NCBI RefSeq assembly: GCF_006345805.1
Contig: NC_043008.1
Coordinates: forward strand, 20,832,001-20,896,000
Direction of reading: 5' to 3'
Source of the DNA: Octopus sinensis
Lineage: Eukaryota
Length of the DNA: 64,000 bases
Part shown: positions 38,093 through 50,408 of the stretch, piece after piece
How the letters are laid out: each line of letters starts with the position of its first letter
How positions within the stretch are numbered: the stretch's first letter is position 1
Position numbers and translations under genes: made by a program
The notes under the pieces: generated by a model
Told to the model about the DNA's origin: nothing
The model's database searches: none
Seen by the model: only the letters and a program-made list of their open reading frames with translations

Positions 38093-38825
38093 AATGGAGA
38101 GGAAAATAGATAAATACTAAACTTAAAAGAAAAAAATCTTTTGTTACCACTTTATAGACTAAAAACAGTTTATCCTATTACGTTCGGCAGTTATCTCTAT
38201 TGGAATAATGCACACAAAATACATCTGTTGTGTTATGAACTTAAGCAGTTCAAAGACTATGCATAAGCAACAATCAGGATTTGATTCCTAGATTATAAAT
38301 GCAAATCACTAATGCTTTTACATATCGGAATCTTCAGAACACACAATACAAATTACTACACTACAATACATATATATATATTGTATGTATATATTCAAAG
38401 GCAACAGCTTTTTTTCCTTCTCTTTTTTCCTCCTCCTTTCAGCTGTTTAATGTGGAGTAATTCCATCCATATCTAACACTGCAGTTTTGGTAAAGATACT
38501 TATCAGCGAAACAACTTACTTAACTCAATTCTTTGCTCTGTATTTAATTATATACAAGATAAAATACGTTTATGCCAAAAGGAATTATGCATTCGACTCG
38601 TATGAACTTCCATCGGGTGATGATTATGAATTTCGCATTTACGCAAATTTGGCGTAGAGCAAGATGGAAGATAATGGCGAAAGGAGCCTACCACTCGGTT
38701 TCAATTTCCACACTCGGTTCATATATATTTGGATTTTAATGACACTATTGATATTCTTCGGATATAAAAAGCCGATATGTTGCAGCATCCTGTTCTCTCT
38801 CTGTCTCTCTATCTCTCTCTCTCTC

Positions 38826-38876
<51 letters not shown>

Positions 38877-39021
38877 TGCGAATTACAGGACCGTGTGTCT
38901 CGGAGACGGAGCCAAGAGGTTCCATATGTAGTCGCTTGATTTGCAAGGAGGCAAATCATCTCTTTCCTTATATTACACTCTTCTTCAAGAAAGGTGAAGC
39001 ATATAATATAATGTAATCCTA

Positions 39022-39276
39022 CATATACCTCACTTTAAGAGGACCCGCTTTACAAGACCCCGAGTTTACGAGTTCTATTTCATAATAAATATAAACAGTT
39101 AAACAGCCACTTTGCGTATGTGGCAACACTGGTTCTGACGTGTCAACACAGCAACGTATTAAAATGACGGCACAAAATTTCATTGCTACTATGGGAAATT
39201 AATGCTATGCTTTACGAGTTATCGCTTTACGAGAGGCCTCCAGAAACACATTAACTCGTATACCGAAGCAATGCTG
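39022..39276. mobile_element. Tigger-like MITE
   Basis: TA|CATATACCTCACTTTAAGAG ... CTCGTATACCGAAGCAATGCTG|TA with internal TTTACGAG repeats. Confidence 0.55.
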
Positions 39277-40299
39277 TATTTGAAAATTAAAAGGGGAGAT
39301 CATTGTTGGAATATTTTTTATTATAGACCTGTTCTATCACAAAGCATTACGCAAGAACAAAAACATCTACAGTCAATACAATTTTCACTCAGGTACATAT
39401 CCTTTTAGAATATTTGAAAGCAAAACCGGACTGTGCAGAATTTGGATTCAAACCATAAATGGACATAATTGATATAAACAATTGATATACTAACATAAAT
39501 GGTATACTGTGGCCCTTGTTTTATGAAACTGAGCATATTATTGGTACATAAGCAAAGAAATGGCAAAGTTGATTTTGCATCGGACGAAACGCCTCGTGAT
39601 ATTTATTTCAATTTCTCTTTTACGATCTGAGTTCGTAGCTTACAGAGGCCAGTTTTGCTTTTCATCTTCACAGGGTCAATAGATAAAGTACCTATCTAGG
39701 TTTAACTGAGTGACACTTTAAGTCTAAAGGGAAGGTATTAGGTGTGATCCATCTTTGTCTCACAGCAAATGTGAAATCATTCCAATGACCTGACAACTCT
39801 ACGAAAGCGAAAATTGGGCAAATATATTCAATACTTGTCCAGTTCTCATTATCTTTGGAACAACGAGACATCGATAGGGATTCAAATGATCATTCAATAT
39901 ATTAGAAATAATAGCTGAATCTCTCTCAAATCACACATCATTACCAACCATTAGCGAGTGCCTTCCCTATATCTACGTATCGGATTTCCAAAAGTCTACA
40001 ATTCCGTCAATGTTTTACTGCATTCATACAATCAGACTGGTTCATCTTGCAAGTTCAGTCTTTCATGTTTTCAGTCTACTAACATCATAACTACCTCTTG
40101 CTCACTGTCTCTCCATAAATTCTTCATAAGTATTAAAAATGCTTCTAGCTAAGAATACAAACATCTTTAACAACCTCTTGCACTCTTTCCCTCTATAAAT
40201 CCTGTCAGAGTGGTTTTAGGTAATAACTCATAGTGCATTAGATGTCCAAAATATGATAGCATGCAAACTAGGTCCTCAAGAGCTGTTATATCGCAATAC

Positions 40300-40595
40300 T
40301 ACACAGTGACTGTGTGAGCTACGAAATCCTCATCACCACTGTTATGTCGCACGTTCGTGTGCCTTCTACTCAACTCTGTTCTTCTCTTACTCTAGTCTGC
40401 TCTCACCGCTACTCAACTGTTCTCTGACGTCTAAGCTTCTCTCTACGTATTGGGTAGCCTACTTCATTGTCTTGGGGCGTCCACACAAGAACAGGTATCT
40501 ATGGGTTTTCAACTTTTCTAATGCTGCGACGTTTTTTTATCATCTTTCCAGCTTATTCTGCTCATCTTGCGAAAGATCCAGAACTCAAACGATTC
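40300..40595 (-). mobile_element. RTE LINE ORF C-terminal remnant
   Basis: FEFWIFRKMSRISWKD. Confidence 0.7.
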
Positions 40596-40739
40596 TATTT
40601 AAAACGATATTCATAAGTATTAAAAATGCTTCTAGCTAAGAATACGTAAGTAAGAATAAATATAAATGAACCTCACTCCAAAAGGCATAATACTGCGCCT
40701 AAAACTGGGCTTACTAAGTTGTTATATAAAGTCAATTAA

Positions 40740-40855
40740 CTTTCACGGGATAGAAACATGGACAATGTATAAAGCAATGTAAAAGAACATAGACGTCTCG
40801 GGAATGTGGATCTGTCGTAGATTGGGGAGAATAAGTTGGAAAGCCAACTCACACA
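40740..40855 (+). mobile_element. RTE LINE fragment
   Basis: GIETWTMYKAM*KNIDVSGMWICRRLGRISWK. Confidence 0.8.
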
Positions 40856-41196
40856 TTAACATTCAAAATAAGGAAAGGAAACACTTGATCACATAAACCT
40901 GTACCACTGGACAGCCATGTTTGGAAGGCCTTTGATTACAGGCCCACTGAGTCAAAGTTTTCCCAGAATCATACAGAAATAACATGCTTTTGAATGAAGT
41001 TTAAACTTGGTAAAGCTTAACACCGATTTGTTTTCGAATAAGACAGACACTTGAAAGGGTCAAACTTTACAGACGTATACGATGTATAGAAAATAAAAAT
41101 CAATCTTAGTGAGATTTGAAATCGGGATACGAAGGTTAGAACCCCGCAAGGCATTTTATATGGCGCGTTTCCATCATTTTAAAGTCATGCACATTA

Positions 41197-41579
41197 TCTC
41201 TCTATATATAAACGGCAGTTTGTCTGTGCGTGTTTCTGTGTGTCTGTTTGCTTGTACCCTCACCCTGACCACGGCTTTCAACCGATTCTGATGAAACTTG
41301 ACACACACATAGCCCAATGTCATAATTCAAAACTAACGCAGCGAAAATTTTGAAAAGTTCCCCCAGTTCTGAAAAAAATCGATAAATTCGACATGGGGTC
41401 GAGAATCAGAAACACAATCCGCAAACTGTCTAGGGGACGCAACTCCACCTTTTTTACTCTTTAAAAAAATTTACCATCATTTTTTTCCATTTTTTTGCTA
41501 TTTTTTGGCTATAACTCTCTAAAAATGCTTTATAGTTATTTCCCTTACAAACCTGAGCAACGCCGGGCGATACTGCTAG
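41197..41579 (+). mobile_element. complete non-autonomous Helitron (383 bp)
   Basis: A|TCTCTCTATATATAAAC ... CCTGAGCAACGCCGGG subterminal hairpin ... CTAG|T. Confidence 0.9.
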
Positions 41580-42298
41580 TTTGTAAATATTTTCGAAAAT
41601 CCAATTTAATTTAGCGTATCAGGAAAGTTTAAATCGTTTCCAGATGATGAAATAATTATTGAAAATATTCAAATTGTCTGCTCAGAGAAAGATTACATCA
41701 AGTGTTTTCATGGTGATTCAATAAATTTTGGAAGTAATATTCTTAACTTTAATGGTTTATCAATGCCAAGTATTTATCCTCCACAACATCTTGAACAGTA
41801 GCCAAGATGCCTTCTTTTAAACAACGTATTTTCATTTTGAAATCTGAGCATTCTACAAAGAACACATTATACAAACAAATACACACACACGCAAACGCAC
41901 GAACGAAAATTTTTACATACATACATGTATGTATACACACATACATAAAGGTAATTTTTTGTGTGTGCGTGTGTCTGTATGTATGTGTATGTGTGTGTAC
42001 GTATAACTATTTGTGCATGTGTGTGCGCGTACGTACGTAGTGGCGTGTGTGTGGTTGCAAAACATTGACCTGCAATACAATAATTTCGAAATAAATAAAA
42101 AAATATATATAAGCATGATATATATATAATTTGTGTGTGTGTGAGTGTGTGTGTGTATATAGCTATTCGTATGCATGTATGTAAATATATATATATACAT
42201 GTGTGTGTGAGTGTTTGTGAGTGAGTGTGTGTGTGTGCATGCGTATGTGTGTATATAGCTGTTCGTAAGCATGTATGTAAATATATGTAAATATGTGG

Positions 42299-42398
42299 NN
42301 NNNNNNNNNNNNNNNNNNNNNNNNNNNNNNNNNNNNNNNNNNNNNNNNNNNNNNNNNNNNNNNNNNNNNNNNNNNNNNNNNNNNNNNNNNNNNNNNNN
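42299..42398. other. assembly gap (100 N)
   Basis: Direct inspection. Confidence 1.
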
Positions 42399-42507
42399 AT
42401 TTGTCAGTGAACAGTGATGCTGCACGGAATTTTGTCAGTGAACAGTGATGCTGCACGGAATTTTGTCAGTGAACAGTGATGCTGCACAGAATTTTGACAG
42501 TGAACAG
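42399..42507 (+). repeat. 31-bp tandem minisatellite abutting the gap
   Basis: ATTTTGTCAGTGAACAGTGATGCTGCACGGA, about 3.5 copies. Confidence 0.95.
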
Positions 42508-42543
42508 ATCGCGGTCTCAAAGCGACGAAAATATTTTGACAAA
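42493..42543 (+). ncRNA. G3-C8 variant minimal hammerhead, damaged copy
   Basis: TTTGACA-GTGAACA-G-ATCGC(GGTCTCAAA)GCGAC-GAA-AATATT-T-TGACAAA; one mismatch each in helices I and II. Confidence 0.5.
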
Positions 42544-42681
42544 TTAAATTTAAATGTTGAAGTGAACCTAACGGTTTTTGTGTGCTTCTTAAATTTCTTT
42601 AACATAAATACGATAGAGACTACTACAACTTTTTAACACTGTTGTTGTTGTTGTCGCCGTCGTCGTTGTTGTTGTTCAGAT

Positions 42682-42895
42682 TAAGGCGGTGAGCGGGCAG
42701 AATCATTGGGATGTTAGACAAAATACTTAGCGCCGCATTTTTCCTTTCGCTTTCACTTTCTGAGTTCGAATGCTGCGGAAGATGTCTTTGCCTTTCGTCC
42801 TCCCGAGGTCGATAAAATAAGTACAGGTTTAGCACTGTGACCGACCTAATCAGCTTCCCCTCCTCTCAAAATTGTTGGCCTTGTATCAATAGTAA
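42682..42895 (+). mobile_element. SINE family B, decayed
   Basis: AAGGCGGTGAGCGGGCAG head, GGTCGATAAAATAAGTAC core. Confidence 0.7.
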
Positions 42896-43223
42896 AATAA
42901 AATCACTATTTCTCAGATACAGAATATCTAGAACTGCGTTATCCAATGTAAAACTGCCTTTAAGGTCAGGATGACATGGCTGGAGCGGAATTTGGTTTTT
43001 ATTTACATAAGGTCGAAAGATCGTGTCCTGGCTTGTTTGTTGCCTCGTTTGCTGAAGTTTAAGACATACGTAAATATCGCTGAAGATACAGTTTGTGTAA
43101 TATATATACACAGAACTGGACGCTGTGTAAACTCAAACTAAATCAATAATTAGGTATTGCTCAGCTTCTTTTAATTTTAATTGGAATTTCGAGGCGATAG
43201 CGATGCTGTTGTAGTAGTAGTAT

Positions 43224-43254
<31 letters not shown>

Positions 43255-43264
43255 GGTGGTGGTG

Positions 43265-43300
<36 letters not shown>

Positions 43301-43371
43301 GCAGAAGCAGCAGAAGCAGCTGTAGGTGGGGGGAGGAGGAGGAGGAGGAGCAGCAGCAGCAGCAGCAACAA

Positions 43372-43709
43372 CTACGTTGTTATCCTCATTCCGTAAACGG
43401 TGACTTTTAACGGGGGGGAGTACTGAACCATCCTGGGGTACAGAGGATTCGCAATCTAGACTAGGGCCTGGAAGTTTACCACACCATTGTGGGTTACACC
43501 ACGGTTCCTCTGCTTCGTGGCAGAAGTAGGAAGAAAGAGTGAGAGAAAGTTGTGGTGAAAGAGTACAGCGGGGTTCACCACCCTTCTCCGCCGGAACTTC
43601 GTGGAGCTTAGGTGTTTTTGTTCAATAAATACTCACAATGTCTGGGAATCGAACCCGCGTTCTTACGAACGCGAGTCCACCACCCTAACCACTGGGCCAT
43701 TGCGCCTCC
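43372..43709 (-). mobile_element. SINE family A, tail type iv
   Basis: Family A head/body followed by an unrelated tail. Confidence 0.8.
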
Positions 43710-44019
43710 ACTTGTTGCTGCTGTTGTTGATGTTCTGTGATTGTTGTTGTTATTGCTCCTGCTCCTGCTGTTGTTGTTGTTCTTCTTCTTGTACTTAGTG
43801 ACGGTGGTGGTCGTGGTGGTGGTGGTCGTCGTCGTCGTCATTGTCGTCGTCGTCGTCGTGGCCGTGGTGGGGATCGTTGTCGTCGCCGTGGCCGTGGTGG
43901 TGGTCGTGGTGTTGATTTGTTGTAGTTGTTTATTGATGTTGTTCCTCTAGCATTTGTCATTGTTGCTATTGCTCTTATGGCTGTCGTTTTAATCTCATGT
44001 CATCTCTGATCTAGCAAAG

Positions 44020-44500
44020 CTATGATGGGAGCTCTTCGAATCATACCTACACCCTCTTCCTTCGGGATATATAGTGTGTCTAAGACTACTTTATTCACTA
44101 TATTGCCTTTAGCTAAAACGGCAAGGTTACATGAGTCACAGAAAAAAAATACACAATCAACCTCTGAGTCACTATAAAATTCTATATGCATCATTATATA
44201 TGCTGATCTCTTATGAAGACTCCACTTATGTAATATTGCTAAAATAACATCACAATGTCCAACAATCTTATTTGCAACTGGTAAATAATTCAACAAAACT
44301 CATCTCAAGACAGACATATGTTTTCGGATATTCTTGTTCATAAGAAATTACTGTACTTTCAACTGTGTATTTGGATTTATGTTTTCCGAGTCTTCTTGGG
44401 GATTTTTGGGTCCAGAATTTCTTTGTCTAGTTTATAGAGCTCATCTGTGTTCAATATATAGCGATGTGTAAAAGAAATATTGCGACTTAACAGTCCATTT
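44020..44500 (-). mobile_element. possible R4/Dong-like remnant
   Basis: DELYKLDKEI and LYIPKEEGVGM resemble ELxKLD and RLYIPRKEGGRGL. Confidence 0.3.
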
Positions 44501-45499
44501 GTTCAAAGTTATCCTTTAATTTTTGTATGTATTCGAGACGATACCAATAAAAATAAGATTTTTGCTTATAATTAATTAGAGGAGTACGTCGCTTTAGAAC
44601 CATGTGCTGCACATACAAACACACAAACATTCTACGTTTATTGCATAGAAGACCATTCAACGCACATGCAATTATTCAAGCTTCAACACGTTCACTACTC
44701 ATGCACACATGTGCTCTTGTTTTCTGTTTGCCTGTTGTAACACTTCCATAACTGTGTTTCGATTTATTGAACTTATCTATCTCCTTAGTCCCCCTGGCAA
44801 ATTTCTTCTGTCGACTTTCTTTCAGTACCCTTACTGCCTTTAAAAAGAACCTGCTCGGTTCTTACTTCCGAGAGATATATGTCTCTGGGCTCCATACTCC
44901 GTGTTTCTCACACCTATCCAAGAAAAATAGAAAATTAGCAGAGTCACTAAAACGCTAGATAACCTCTTGCTATTTGTTCCGCTTCTCTTTGCGACTTCAA
45001 ATCTCGCCAAGCTCAATATTACCTTTCACCCTTTCGGGGTCAATAACGAAATGATAATCCAGGCAAAGGAATAGAGAACATAAGAACGTCGAACGAGGAC
45101 CCTGCGGCAACTATTCAGGCTCTTTGCATTCTAAATCCACATCACGCCAAGACCGAGATGGAGAGAAGACTTAATCCGTCATCAGGTTTAACCCTGCTAT
45201 TCGGTGTCTTTAACTAAAAGCAGGCCTCTCTGTTTCATATATTCAGATCAGGCCACCAGTTTAAGAATGTCTTCTTCTCTCTTTCCGACCAGTGTTGAGA
45301 CACGGCGAAGTGACGTATATACAAATGTCCTTCCTGAGTAAAACATGAAAGATAAAAACCCACATCGAATTTAACGTTGAAGCTAAGAACCAATCGCACC
45401 AAAGTAATCAGTCCAGATGAAGCCGTAAAACCTCTATAGATATGCACCTTCAGTTTTAAGAAAAATTCAAGAAACAGTCCAACACTTTAACCATGAAAC

Positions 45500-45840
45500 A
45501 ATAACATGGTTCTGAGTTCAGTCCCACAGCGCGACATTGTGGACAGATGCCTTCTACTGTAGCCTTGGGCCAACCAAAGCCCTGTGTGTGGATTTGGTAG
45601 ACGGAAACTGAAAGAAGCCCATCGGATATGGGTGCATGTTTGTGCCCTCGCATGTATGCATTTTTGTATTGGTGCTTCAGTCCCCGTAAGATAGCGGTTC
45701 AGTAAAAGAGATCGATAGAGTACGTAACAGTCTTAAAAAACAAAGAGTACTGTGATCGATTCGTTCGACTGAAATACTTCAAGGCGGTGTTCCAGCATGG
45801 TCGCAGCATGATGACCGGAACTAGTAAAAGATAAAAGATA
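45500..45840 (+). mobile_element. SINE family C, diverged
   Basis: GGATTTGGTAGACGGAAACTGAAAGAAGCCC and tail. Confidence 0.8.
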
Positions 45841-46134
45841 GTGACCCTATATTTAATTACGTAAAATGTTAATGAGGTTTAAGATTCTGAGCTCTGGACG
45901 TTATGCCATCACCTTTTGCGTGACACAAACAATGCTGCCTTCACGGGTAATTCGAGATCTTAACAAGACATCACCCAATAGTGACAAAATCCAATCTATA
46001 GAAATAAATAAAGTGTCCGTGTAATTTTCACGTTGGCGAGCATCTAATGTAAAGACAATCCTAAAACAAACATTTTTCTTTCTATCCCCTCTCTTTCCCT
46101 GTCACTCATTCTTTGTTGCATAAACACACATACA

Positions 46135-46169
<35 letters not shown>

Positions 46170-46389
46170 GAGGAGATATAATTACAGATTAAAAACAACA
46201 AAAACGTTTATAAAAATCGAATTTATAGCTAATGGTTTGCTCCGCGAAATTTGTATGGAAAAAAAGTATTAAATATGGCAGCCGTGTGAAGAGCGTTTTA
46301 TTATTTCTTTCTTTAATTGTTATTTACATGTCAGGGGAATGTTTTAAAATGGTGGTATTATTCTCAAAATATTCTTTGTTTTATCTTTT

Positions 46390-46770
46390 ACTCGATTCAG
46401 TTTTTAGTCTGCGGCCATGCTGGGGCACCGCCTTGAGGAACTTTAAGTCGAATGAAACAACTCATCCGTAATTGTTTTTTTAAAAACCTGGTAATATTCA
46501 ACCGGTCTCCTTGACCAAACCGCTAAGTTACGAGCAATCAAACACACACCAACAAGAGGTGATGGAGAGCAAACACATACCCAAAGACACACACACATGT
46601 ATATACGATGGGGGCTTCTTTCAGTTTCCGTCTACCAAATTCACTCACACGGCTTTGGTTGGCCAGAGGCTACAGCAGAAAAAACAAAACCTACCCAAGG
46701 TGTCACGCAGTAGAACTGAACCCAGAACCATGTGGTAAGGGAAGCAAGCTTCTCACCACACAGCTACACT
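46390..46770 (-). mobile_element. SINE family C, diverged
   Basis: Body and tail motifs. Confidence 0.8.
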
Positions 46771-47164
46771 CGCATCTATTAAATTTTATTGTATTTCTTG
46801 GTTTCTTTTTTATATTTTTCAATTTATTTTCTAAATTATAAAAACCAAAATAATAACTAAGTGGATTGAAAATTTCTCGAATGATATCCGTTTTGGAAAG
46901 AATAAAATATAATATTTTTAACCAGCTTATATATATATTTGTTTATTTGTTTTATTTATTTATTATTTCAACAATAACAAAAATATTCCATTTGGAAATT
47001 GCCACGAATAAATGACATATCATATTTAGGCATTGATTTATTTTTTAATTATTTTTCCCTATGATTTTTGTTGTCTTTTTTTAAATTCTATTTCTGTTTG
47101 TTGTTTGTAGTATTTTATGTTGTTTTGTTTATATATTTATCATTATTGTTTTTGCTGTTGTAGA

Positions 47165-47855
47165 TGCTTTTGTTTGTGGTATTAGTGGTCGTGGTGTTGG
47201 TGGTCGTGGAGGTGATTGTGGTGGTGCCTGTGTTCGTGGTGGTGGTAATGATGATGATGATGACGATGATGATTGTGGTGGTGGTGGTGGTAGTGGTGGT
47301 GGTGGTTGGAGATAGTGCTGAAGGGGGTGAGGATGATCATAATGGTAGTGATGATGGTGGTTATGATGCTGGTGATTGTAGTTGTGGTGGTGCTGGTGGT
47401 GGTTGTAGTGACGGTGGTAGTTTTGGTGGTTGGAGATAGTGGTGGTGATGATGATGATGATGATGATGATTGTGGTGGTGGTGGTGGTGGTGGCGGTGGA
47501 TGGTGGTAGTGGTGGTGGTATTGGTTGGAGATTGTGGTGGAGGGGCTGATGATGATTATGATGGTCGTGATGATGGTGGTTATGATGTTGGTGATTGCAG
47601 TTGTGGTGGTGGTAGTTGTGGTGACGGTTGTAGTGTTTGTGGTTGGTGATAGTGGTGGTGGTGGTGATAGTGGTGGAGGGTGTGAGGGTTATTATGGTGG
47701 TAGTGATGGTAGTGGTTGTGATGTTGGTGATTGTAGTTGTGGTCGTGCTGGAGGTGGTTGTGGTGTTGGTGGTAGTGTTGGTGGTTGAAGAAAGTGGTGG
47801 TAGTGGTGGTGATGGTGATCATTGTGGTGGTGGTGGTGGTGGTTGTGGTGGGTTC
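47165..47855. repeat. cryptic (GGT/GAT)n tract with higher-order units
   Basis: GGTTGGAGATAGT and GGTGATTGTAGTTGTGGT blocks recur three times. Confidence 0.85.
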
Positions 47856-48074
47856 TGGTCATTTGTTGAGTTTCGGGGGGAAATATATCTTTTAAAAACA
47901 AATCACGTTAAAGAATTCTACAAGAAAACACGACAAGAAGAAAATATCCCTGAATTTTCATTAATTTAAAAAAAAAACCAAAAAAAGCAAAAAAACAAAA
48001 TCAATACTTAAATATTTCTGTCGGTCTATTATCAGCTCACATCTTGAAATGTGAATTGATAATAGCAAATAGCA

Positions 48075-48098
48075 CCAGCATCATCATCATCACCACAT

Positions 48099-48155
<57 letters not shown>

Positions 48156-48343
48156 TAGTAGTTGTAGTAGTAGTAGTAGTGCTGATGATGATAATGATGA
48201 TGATGATGATGCTGGTGCTTGTAGTGGTGATTCTGGTGCTGGTCGTGCAGGTGGTGGTGGTAGTAGTAGTAGTAGTAGTGCTGCTGCTGATGATGATGAT
48301 GGTGCTTGTAGTGGTGATTTTGGTGCTGGCCGTGCTGGAGGTG

Positions 48344-48416
<73 letters not shown>

Positions 48417-48670
48417 TTGTGGTGGTAGTAGTAGTAGCAGTAGTAGTAGTAGTGGTGGTGGTGGTGGTGGTGGTGGTGGTGGTGGTGGTGGTGGTGGCGG
48501 TAGTAGTAGTAGTAGTAGTAGTAGCGGTGGTGGTGGTAGTGGTGGTGGTGGTGTTGGTAGTAGTAGTAATAGTAGTAGTAGTAATGCTTATGATGATGAT
48601 GATGATTATGCTGGTGCTTGTAGTGGTGATTCTGGTGCTGGTCGTGCTGGTCGTGGTGGTGATAGTAGTG

Positions 48671-48717
<47 letters not shown>

Positions 48718-48718
48718 C
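48075..48718. repeat. (AGC/AGT/GGT/GAT)n tract with higher-order units
   Basis: GGTGCTTGTAGTGGTGATT[C/T]TGGTGCTGG recurs three times. Confidence 0.9.
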
Positions 48719-48959
48719 AAGAAGCACAACAACGGAGAATATAAAATCATCAGCTCCCCAGCCATTATTAAACTTAATTGCAAACTAATAGCAAAAATGA
48801 ATTGTTATATTTCAAACATTTAATTGATTATTTTAATTAATTTTTTGTATTGAAAAACCAGCATTTACCTACAAAGAATCTGTTATTTTCACTGCATCGA
48901 TGGTGAGGGCATGGCCGGATACAGCTTTGCCAAAACGAAGTTGTGGAAACTTCGGCATA

Positions 48960-49180
48960 CCTTGTCTTTTATCTTTTACTTGTTTTTCAGCTATTAGACA
49001 GCGGCCATGCTGGGGCACGGCTTTGAAGAATTTCTTAGTCGAATGAATCGACGCCAGCCCTTTTTTTTTCTTTTTTTTTTCCTTCAAGCCAAGTACTTAT
49101 TCTATCATTCTCTTCTGTCGTGCCGCTAAGTTACAGAGATGTACACAAAATAGTACCAGTTGCCAAGTGGCAGTGAGGGA
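48960..49180 (-). mobile_element. SINE family C, 3' half, diverged
   Basis: GCGGCCATGCTGGGGCAC tail. Confidence 0.75.
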
Positions 49181-49347
49181 CAAATACGCATACACACACA
49201 TATATACACATACATACATACATACATATACATAGCCCCCCCCCCCACACACACACACACAGATACTGATAGACGCAGACACACTCACTCACACACACAC
49301 ATATAGATATATATATAGATATAGATATAGATTTATAGATATGTATG

Positions 49348-49379
<32 letters not shown>

Positions 49380-49400
49380 CATATATATATATCGATATAT

Positions 49401-49435
<35 letters not shown>

Positions 49436-49439
<4 letters not shown>

Positions 49440-49685
49440 GGAGATGTACTTGCATAGCAAGTGATTTGATCTGAGATCAAAAACAATTGCAGCGTGGAAG
49501 GTGTTTGTAAGCCATTTAAGACACACAAAAGCCGTTCGATTCACTGTGCTGCACGTATTTTTTGTCAGTGAACAGGTCGCGGACTTAAAGCGACGAAAAT
49601 ATTTTGACAAATTAAACTTAAATGTTGAAGTGAATCGAACGGCTTTTGTGTGTTTCTTAAATGGCTTACAAACACCTTCCACGCT
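49436..49685 (+). mobile_element. Penelope-like repeat with inverted arms enclosing a variant hammerhead
   Basis: 49491-49545 is the reverse complement of 49629-49685 (2-nt indel). Confidence 0.65.
49561..49611 (+). ncRNA. minimal type I hammerhead with swapped G3-C8 core pair
   Basis: TTTGTCA-GTGAACA-G-GTCGC(GGACTTAAA)GCGAC-GAA-AATATT-T-TGACAAA. Confidence 0.75.
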
Positions 49686-49875
49686 ATAATATTATATTAT
49701 ATATATATATATATATATTATACCAATTAAGGACTGAACACGAAAAGTGGACAGTCAACATGCTAGATATAGACGTCAAATCGCCATTCACCACAAAAGA
49801 TTATGTTCTCAGATCAAACTCAGCACAAAACCATAGCAATAAACAAGTGAAAAATATACGAAATAAAATAATTAC

Positions 49876-49938
49876 CCATGTACTAATTAGTTTCAGCTGT
49901 TATTTTCCGCAAGAAAACTGCAGCCATCATCAGCATGG
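49876..49938 (-). ncRNA. type I hammerhead ribozyme
   Basis: CCATG-CTGATGA-T-GGCTG(CA-GTTTTC-TTGCG-GAAAAT-AA)CAGCT-GAA-ACTAATTAGT-A-CATGG; GUA cut site. Confidence 0.85.
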
Positions 49939-50408
49939 TCCGTTATAAATGTAAATTTCCGAAGATATGAAAGTAGTACTTGTATATAATATGTGATGAA
50001 TTTATGGAATGAAGTCTCATAAAATTCATCAATTTAGTTAAAAATGGAGGAGACAAGTTGTTAAAATATATAAGAAACTTAATTCTTGCAGACGATCATT
50101 TCGTACAGAGGTGTAATAATAATGTATATTCATGAATGAATTATATTAGATTAGATGAATTAAATATCAACGTACTCTTCAGTGCAGGAAGTAGAAACCA
50201 TAATACAAGGAACTTGAGAAGGAATATAGCAGAAACATTAGATCTAGGAGGTGCATATTTTTTATCCGTGTGAGAAAGAGATGTGAGTCATGTCGGATAT
50301 TTAATCATATCTCCTCCTTCTCTCTCTCTCTTCTCTCTCTCTCTCTCTCTCTCTCACTATATATATATATATGGATACATCATATATATATGTGTGTGTG
50401 TGTGTGTA

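Noticed and set aside
42399-42507. 31-bp repeats as a CRISPR array
   Set aside because: Units are contiguous with no spacers; eukaryotic context
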